Assembly (NCBI GenBank): GCA_005223125.1 | Contig: NJBH01000044.1 | Location: 1 to 25,026, forward strand | Length of the DNA stretch: 25,026 nt | Source of the DNA: Promethearchaeota archaeon Loki_b32 | GTDB lineage: Archaea > Asgardarchaeota > Lokiarchaeia > Sigyniarchaeales > SOKP01 | Direction of reading: 5' to 3' | Shown: piece after piece, positions 19,014 to 25,026 of the stretch | Numbering within the stretch: the first letter of the stretch is position 1 | Layout: each line of letters opens with the position of its first letter | Made by a program: the position numbers and the translations under genes | The notes under the pieces: generated by a model | Database searches by the model: none | What the model was told of the DNA's origin: nothing | Seen by the model: the letters and a program-made list of their open reading frames with translations, nothing else

Positions 19014-19949
19014 TTATACTTTTCTTTGTTCGAAGGTTCTACTTAAACTTGATTGTATTATAAAGAATGATAGAACTATTAATATCAAGCAAATACCCGG
19101 AGGTAGCCACAACCAATAACTAAATGAAGGAAATATCCAACCATAATCTACTGCTTGATTTAATAATAAACCTAATGTTAACCAATTTTGTTGTCCCAAT
19201 CCAATCATTGCTATTCCTGCTTCAGCTATAATAGCACCACCTAAAAACATAATAAAAGCCAAAAGTATATAGGGTAGCACATTAGGTAAAACTTCTGTGA
19301 AAGCTACTCTCATATCTTTTAAGGCTGACATTTTTGAAACTTTTATAAAATTTCTTTCTTTTAATGTCAAAACTTGAGATCTAATAGAACGTGCAGCCCA
19401 AGGCCAACTGAATAATGCAATAACTAACATCGTTACCCACCATTCACGAATTTGTAAAATGGTTGATATTAATATGATGAACGCGTATGATGGAAAGACT
19501 AAAGCGATATTCGTAATAAAGGAAGTAGTAGCATCTACAGCTCCCCCTTTAAAGGGTCCAATTACGCCTAGAAACACAGCTATTCCAGTGCAAATTAAAC
19601 CAGTGATTAAACCAAATGCTAAAGAATTTCTAACAGCATGGAAAAGACGTGTTAAGTGATCCCTTCCCAATTGATCAGTACCTAACAAATGTTTAAGTGA
19701 AGGTTCAGCATAATTATCTAACAAAACATCGGGTGTTACCCAATATCGTTTATCAGGATCATTAAAGGGAGGTATCAATGTTAAAATTACAATTATGAGT
19801 ACAACAATAAAAAAAACTGTTATCAAAATAATTTGACGTTTATATCGATCCATAGCAGCATGATATTTCTCTTTTATGATCTCCTTTATACCTACTTTTT
19901 TTCCTAGTTCTTCTTGGTTTTTTAATTCTATTTGCATTTCTTTCGTCAT
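19014..19949 (-). CDS. Opp/Dpp-family ABC transporter permease (OppC-like)
   Basis: HLLGTDQLGRD, ARSIRSQVLTLKERNF, EVLPN, WLWLPPG and multiple hydrophobic segments. Confidence 0.93.
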   Translation of the reverse strand: MTKEMQIELKNQEELGKKVGIKEIIKEKYHAAMDRYKRQIILITVFFIVVLIIVILTLIPPFNDPDKRYWVTPDVLLDNYAEPSLKHLLGTDQLGRDHLTRLFHAVRNSLAFGLITGLICTGIAVFLGVIGPFKGGAVDATTSFITNIALVFPSYAFIILISTILQIREWWVTMLVIALFSWPWAARSIRSQVLTLKERNFIKVSKMSALKDMRVAFTEVLPNVLPYILLAFIMFLGGAIIAEAGIAMIGLGQQNWLTLGLLLNQAVDYGWIFPSFSYWLWLPPGICLILIVLSFFIIQSSLSRTFEQRKV

Positions 19950-19951
19950 AT

Positions 19952-21049
19952 TTATGCTTCTCCTTTACCTCCAACTCGTATTCTTGGATCAAGAATTCCA
20001 TAACACATATCTATAATATAATTTCCTATAACTACTACTAAAATAGTTACTATAAAAGTTCCAAGAATCAACGCATAATCCAGTGCTTGAAAAGCTCGAA
20101 TCATTAAATATCCTAAACCAGGAAATCTAAAGATTATTTCCGTAATCATTGTTGCTCCAATTAGCTCATTAAATCGTAAATTTAATCCAGTAAATTGTGG
20201 CAACATACTATTACGATATGCATATTTACGTAATGTATTATCCCTAAATCCTAATTTTCTTCCATATGATATGTAATCCTCAGCTTTTTCATAAACCATA
20301 AGTGCATGTGCTCCAGTAGCCCATCCTCCAATAGTTGTCATGAGTAAAACAATAAAAGGTAACCAATAATGATCAAATATCGTAGATATTACAGCCCAGT
20401 CCCATGCCCAAGGTGGTACAGATCGTCCCCATGGGAACCAGTTTAATTGAAGAACAAATATATCCAATAATACATAGCCCATCCAGAAAAATGGCGCTAC
20501 TTGTAACACCAAGAAAATATAATAGAATACTTTATCTTTTTTACTTTGAGTATACCCAGTACGGGCTCCAATCCCATTTCCAATGAAGAAAGAAAGTACT
20601 AAAGCTGGAACAACTAACATCAAAGTATAGGGAAGTGCCTGTAAAACTATATTTACTACAGGTTCAAAGCTTCTCGTCATAGATTGTCCTAAATCAAATT
20701 CAAAAAAGAAACTTTTTAAGAAATTAGCATATTGAACAATCAAAGGATAATTTAACCCTAAATATTCTTCCAAGTCCTTTATATGCTCTTGCCATGCTTC
20801 CGGATCGGTTCCAAGTGGTGGTTGATAAATATATTTTAAAGGATTTACCGGTACCAGTCTTGGTATTAGAAAAGCTATTGAGATTGCAATGAAAAAAACA
20901 ACAAAATAGAAAATTGCTTTTTTTATTGCCATATGTAGGAAGGAATTTGAAATGACTTTTTTAATAGTACTCTTTTCGCTTGATTTAGAGAGAGTTTCTT
21001 GTTCTTTATTTTCTTTTTTCTCTGTTATTCCCATTTCTGTTAGCTTCAT
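19952..21049 (-). CDS. Opp/Dpp-family ABC transporter permease (OppB-like)
   Basis: PLIVQY, DLGQS, LPYT, YAYRNSMLP, TEIIFRFPGLG, LDPRIR. Confidence 0.93.
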   Translation of the reverse strand: MKLTEMGITEKKENKEQETLSKSSEKSTIKKVISNSFLHMAIKKAIFYFVVFFIAISIAFLIPRLVPVNPLKYIYQPPLGTDPEAWQEHIKDLEEYLGLNYPLIVQYANFLKSFFFEFDLGQSMTRSFEPVVNIVLQALPYTLMLVVPALVLSFFIGNGIGARTGYTQSKKDKVFYYIFLVLQVAPFFWMGYVLLDIFVLQLNWFPWGRSVPPWAWDWAVISTIFDHYWLPFIVLLMTTIGGWATGAHALMVYEKAEDYISYGRKLGFRDNTLRKYAYRNSMLPQFTGLNLRFNELIGATMITEIIFRFPGLGYLMIRAFQALDYALILGTFIVTILVVVIGNYIIDMCYGILDPRIRVGGKGEA

Positions 21050-21172
21050 TATAGTGTCATATATAAAGAAGTTTGTTTGTATTTTATATTTACCTTAATG
21101 ATTTAAATATTTAATCGTCATAATAAAAGAAAAAAAAAAGTTATTTATTTTTTAAATTATATGCGTATATAT

Positions 21173-23134
21173 CTATTCCCTCTTTTTTTTTAATCTTCTC
21201 CCTGTTAGTACTGTAATAGAAATGATCCCAATCAATACAAAGAATTCTAAACCAAACCATGGAATCGGTTGTGATGGTTTTCTGCCTGTGGTTTTTAAGT
21301 TCAACATTAATCTTGTTTTAACTGCAAACATATCCGTTGCCCAAGATGTACAAGCCTGTTGGAATTTATTCGCTTCACTAGCCCAACCTGTCCAATGATA
21401 TTCACTAAAAGCATACCAATATCCATTAACAAAACAAGGAATTTCTGGAACTTCTTCTGCTAAAATTTCTTGCAATATATCCACATTAGTTGCATAAAGT
21501 GTTTCACTTGCACTTTCAAGCGTCTGCCATAAATCATCAAATGTTGAATTATCCCAGTTAGTTGCATTAACCCAAGTACTGTGTCTTCCTCTCAGGCTTT
21601 TAAGAAAAACATGAGCAGGGTTTTCTATACGGGATCCAGTACAATACGTAGCAAAGTCATAGTCATTATTTTCTATCAAACCTATCCAAACAAGGTCAAA
21701 ATCAACTTGTTTGGATGTAATAGTAATTCCCAAGTTATCGGTAATATCTGCACAAACCATATCTTGAAATATAATAGCATCACTCCAACCAATAGGAACA
21801 ATTGATTCGTAAGGTCCAACTGCGACTCCATTATATGTCCAACCTGCCGCTACACTACCTGTCATACCAGGAATGCTCTCTAATAATGCAACAGCTTTAG
21901 TAACATCCTCAGATTTTTGATATGTTGTAGTAACAGATGCATCATAATATGGTGCATGTGCTGCACTATTATTATCAATAAATCCAGGTTTTGCTTGTGT
22001 CCAATACCCAGAAGCGGCTGCCATAGGAATAGGTACATAATTAATAGCCCATGCTAAAGCTTGTCTGAATTCTTTTACACCTAAAGGTGAATCTGCAAGA
22101 AGATGATTAGGCGCAAGATTCATAAGACTACTTACAGCGGAGATGTAAGGCGCTTCATGACCATACCAAGTACTAACATAGTATCCGGGGTCTCCCTCGT
22201 CAGCGCCTTCCCAAATATCCCAAATATGATGATAATAACCAGCATATAAATCAACATCTCCTTGGATAAAGGCGAAATCTTGTTCGGTATTAGTAGCAAA
22301 TGTAGTATGTCCTATATATTTTGGGGGTTCTTCATCTGCGTTAGGGATATCTTGGTAAATGATTCCTTCACCCCACCAATCCTCTCCTCTATACTGATAT
22401 GCACAAGTTGTTTCTAATGCATCTCGATAAACAGGAGCATAAGGACCAGAAATCACTTTCCATTCGTCCGGAACATTATCAGAGTCAAACCAATCATTTT
22501 GAAAGGTTACTAATTCTCCCACATCACCTACAACATCAGTACCATGTTCAGCTACAATTTCAGTCCATACATGTTTAGGTACAATTGGAATATTTCTCGT
22601 AATCCACCATTCAACTTGCCTACTAAAGTTATAACCAGCTTTAATGTCAAATCGAACAGTATCCGCATCTACTTTATTAAAGGATTCGAATCTCGCCTCA
22701 AAATCAGCAGTATATCTACCTTGTGCTTGAGCAAGTTCATAACTATAAACTACATCATCAGCATCAAGAGCTTCACCATCAGACCATTCAGCATTAGTAT
22801 TTAGCTCAATAGTAATACTATCACCAGTTGCACTCCATGAATAGCTAGTACCTATACATGGGATGAGTTCTACTTTTACATCATTCCAACCAAATAAAGA
22901 TTCATACATACAATCTGTACCTGGGTGCACTTCAGTACTCCATGGGAGAAATTCATCTGGAAGCACATAAGCTCCTACCATCCACACAGTTTCATGTCGA
23001 GGAGGTTCTGTACCACGTATTGAGGGAAGACCTGTTGTAGAAGGCTTCGGATTCGCTAGGGTTAAAGGGATCATTGCTGCCGTTAAAAATAACAAAAACA
23101 TCATTGCGATTGGAAATTTTTTGCCAAATTTCAT
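21173..23134 (-). CDS. Family-5 extracellular solute-binding protein, likely for cellobiose/beta-glucosides; signal peptide and C-terminal membrane anchor
   Basis: N-terminal signal sequence, YESLF, WSDGEALDADDVVYS, IVPKHVW, SGPY, FRQALAWAIN, PIGWSD, WTGW; tail IPWF-TM-RRLKKKRE. The substrate is inferred from gene context. Confidence 0.9.
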   Translation of the reverse strand: MKFGKKFPIAMMFLLFLTAAMIPLTLANPKPSTTGLPSIRGTEPPRHETVWMVGAYVLPDEFLPWSTEVHPGTDCMYESLFGWNDVKVELIPCIGTSYSWSATGDSITIELNTNAEWSDGEALDADDVVYSYELAQAQGRYTADFEARFESFNKVDADTVRFDIKAGYNFSRQVEWWITRNIPIVPKHVWTEIVAEHGTDVVGDVGELVTFQNDWFDSDNVPDEWKVISGPYAPVYRDALETTCAYQYRGEDWWGEGIIYQDIPNADEEPPKYIGHTTFATNTEQDFAFIQGDVDLYAGYYHHIWDIWEGADEGDPGYYVSTWYGHEAPYISAVSSLMNLAPNHLLADSPLGVKEFRQALAWAINYVPIPMAAASGYWTQAKPGFIDNNSAAHAPYYDASVTTTYQKSEDVTKAVALLESIPGMTGSVAAGWTYNGVAVGPYESIVPIGWSDAIIFQDMVCADITDNLGITITSKQVDFDLVWIGLIENNDYDFATYCTGSRIENPAHVFLKSLRGRHSTWVNATNWDNSTFDDLWQTLESASETLYATNVDILQEILAEEVPEIPCFVNGYWYAFSEYHWTGWASEANKFQQACTSWATDMFAVKTRLMLNLKTTGRKPSQPIPWFGLEFFVLIGIISITVLTGRRLKKKRE

Positions 23135-23227
23135 TATTTATTTCCCAAATTATTTTTTTTTAAATTGGATTCTGTTGAAAAAATATGTTTTTTAAACACT
23201 TCATTTTTTCAATTTTTTTTTAAAAGA

Positions 23228-23242
23228 TATACTAAAAGTATA
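23228..23242. promoter_or_regulatory. Palindromic operator TATACT-N3-AGTATA (TrmB-type TACT-N3-AGTA)
   Basis: Perfect 6-bp arms, about 30 nt downstream of the ABC operon TATA box. Confidence 0.6.
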
Positions 23243-23272
23243 GTATATTGATTCTATACTCTTCTTTTTTTT

Positions 23273-23288
23273 TATATAAACTTTTCGG
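23273..23288 (-). promoter_or_regulatory. Archaeal BRE-TATA promoter of the ABC-cbp operon
   Basis: Minus strand reads CCGAAAAG-TTTATATA, a consensus BRE plus TATA box. Confidence 0.7.
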
Positions 23289-23469
23289 TTTCGTCTCTAA
23301 TAAATAGATATAGTTTTACTAAAGTAATAAAGCTGAAGATGTCATTTTATAGGAAACTTATAAATATAAATTTAAAACTTTAAATATTATCTTTAATGTA
23401 AAAAATACTATATTTATAGATAAAATTATTTTTTTATTAGAAAAATTCATTTATAATTAGAGGTAAAAT

Positions 23470-24867
23470 ATGGAATATGGAATAACACCGGATGATGCCT
23501 CAAAAATAATTTTAGAATCCTATAAAGATATTACGATGGTTTTAAAGGCTGCTGGATCTTCGAAACGTCTTGTTATATTGGCATATCTCTTGAAAGGATC
23601 TAAAAGTTTTTCTTTTATGTTGGATCGCCTAAAAATCAAGCGTACTACGATAAATCATCATCTCGATCTACTTATAAGATCAAAATTAATTGAAAAAGAA
23701 GAATGGGGAAGATATCAAATAACTGAAGCTGGTATCGAGTTTATTGTAAGTATAATTAAAGCATATAAACTTATTAGTGATAATACTCAAAATGAACAAG
23801 AAAAAATGTTGAATAAATGGCCAGAATGGCCAGATTTTTTAAAAGAACCTAGAATAATTAACGAGAATAAGGTTAGTAATCCAGCTTTGTACGAAGGGGG
23901 TTGGAATTCCTATATATCAACAATCACGGGAGTTCTAAATTTTTTGGGAGATCAACACGATTATGTTTACATAAGCGGTATTACTGGTTATTGCTTTCTT
24001 GTAAGCATACCTGGAATAGTTAGAACATTCCTGATTAAGGAAAACAATCCAGCTGATGTATGGCAAGAAATCAATGGAGGTACTGAATCATTTGGCTGGC
24101 AATTAAAAAAATGGGAACAAAGGAGAAATAGCCCAGGGAAATGGAATTTAATAGGGGAAGATGTTGAATTAGCATTAAAAGTATTCAATCAAGTTAAAGA
24201 AATTATAGATAATGATACGCCAGTGATATTATATGGTATCCGCGGTGCAGGTTTCGGGATAATTAATGGTTATAGAAATGATAGTTATCTTGTAAGCAGT
24301 TATTATCGAAAAGAAGGGCGGAATGAAGTCCCCGTTCGATTTGATCAACTTAGAATACTTGATAAGTTTATATATTACTATTTCGGAAAAAAAAAGGAAA
24401 AAGAAGAAACAGAAGTTATAGAAAAAAAAGCTTTGGTTCGAGCTTTAAAATTTGCTAAAGGAACAACATATTCCAATGGAGGATACTATGTTGGTCCTCA
24501 AGCATATGATTTCTGGATATATATGCTAGAAAAAGGAAAAGAAGAAAATATAGATAAATTTGGAAATAGCGTTTTGGGAATTTATTATTTTGATGCAAAA
24601 GATGTAACATTTGAGTATTTAGATCGGTTAGCTCGCAAATATAAAAACACCCCACAGGGAGTCAATTTAAAGGAAGCAAGTAAAAATTATAGAGATGCTA
24701 AAATGCATTTAGAAAAGTTTACTGTCCTCTTTCCATACTTCGAACCAGAAAATAGCAGTCTTACACTGGATAAAAGGAAGAAAGGTGCAGAAATTCTTAA
24801 AAATGTCAAGATAAGTGAAATAGAAGCAATCAACAATTTAGAAAAATCGATAGAAAAATGGGCATAA
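23470..24867 (+). CDS. ArsR-like winged-helix transcriptional regulator with a large C-terminal domain (BtrH/papain-like fold suspected)
   Basis: LKAAGSSKRLVILAYL...KRTTINHHLDLLIRSKLIEK..GRYQIT..G wHTH. The C-terminal part has GITGYCF, PVIL, FGIINGY and G..AYDFW patterns. Confidence 0.8.
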   Translation: MEYGITPDDASKIILESYKDITMVLKAAGSSKRLVILAYLLKGSKSFSFMLDRLKIKRTTINHHLDLLIRSKLIEKEEWGRYQITEAGIEFIVSIIKAYKLISDNTQNEQEKMLNKWPEWPDFLKEPRIINENKVSNPALYEGGWNSYISTITGVLNFLGDQHDYVYISGITGYCFLVSIPGIVRTFLIKENNPADVWQEINGGTESFGWQLKKWEQRRNSPGKWNLIGEDVELALKVFNQVKEIIDNDTPVILYGIRGAGFGIINGYRNDSYLVSSYYRKEGRNEVPVRFDQLRILDKFIYYYFGKKKEKEETEVIEKKALVRALKFAKGTTYSNGGYYVGPQAYDFWIYMLEKGKEENIDKFGNSVLGIYYFDAKDVTFEYLDRLARKYKNTPQGVNLKEASKNYRDAKMHLEKFTVLFPYFEPENSSLTLDKRKKGAEILKNVKISEIEAINNLEKSIEKWA

Positions 24868-24910
24868 TTATTTTGGATTATCTATTTTTGTTATGTTTAT
24901 AGATTAAAAT

Positions 24911-25026
24911 AAAAAAAGCTCTTTAAATTTAGATAATTTGAAATCATTCATTCATATTATATACAAAATTTCTTTCTCCCAGTATTTTATCGATTTCTTT
25001 CATTTGATCATTATTTAATGGTCCGT
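24911..25026 (-). repeat. Right arm of terminal inverted repeat (pairs with 1-116)
   Basis: Reverse complement matches 1-116 with 7 mismatches. Confidence 0.95.
24944..25026 (-). CDS. 3' end of a paralogous gene running in from the window edge, probably an aldo/keto reductase
   Basis: Reads GPLNNDQMKEIDKILGERNFVYNMNE-stop. Confidence 0.6.
   Translation of the reverse strand, partial: GPLNNDQMKEIDKILGERNFVYNMNE

Overview
AT-rich archaeal DNA, most likely Asgard/Lokiarchaeia. This is inferred from BRE-TATA promoters, AGGTGA Shine-Dalgarno sites, a Loki-type N-terminal domain at 6053 and a Loki-CTERM-like anchor on the solute-binding protein. The right half is a beta-glucoside/cellobiose utilisation locus: a family-5 ABC importer, a GH94 cellobiose phosphorylase, a GH3 beta-glucosidase and a divergent wHTH regulator. 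A TrmB-type TACT-N3-AGTA palindrome lies just downstream of the ABC promoter. A second GH94 phosphorylase, a LarA-family racemase and an aldo/keto reductase-cupin/CMD cluster lie to the left. Between the intact genes are many joined gene fragments (TyrRS, BFD-domain oxidoreductase, GH94, PRPP synthetase, Fe-ADH, flavodoxin, SGNH, GNAT). The most notable element is the 5' half of a group IIB intron starting at 1842. Its EBS1 and EBS2 are complementary to the conserved 5' end of another group II intron, and it sits 16 nt inside such a 5' end, so it looks like an intron-targeting intron. The two window ends form a 116-bp inverted repeat with 7 mismatches, made of the 3' ends of two paralogous genes (probably aldo/keto reductases). 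All protein assignments come from motif recognition, not database searches.
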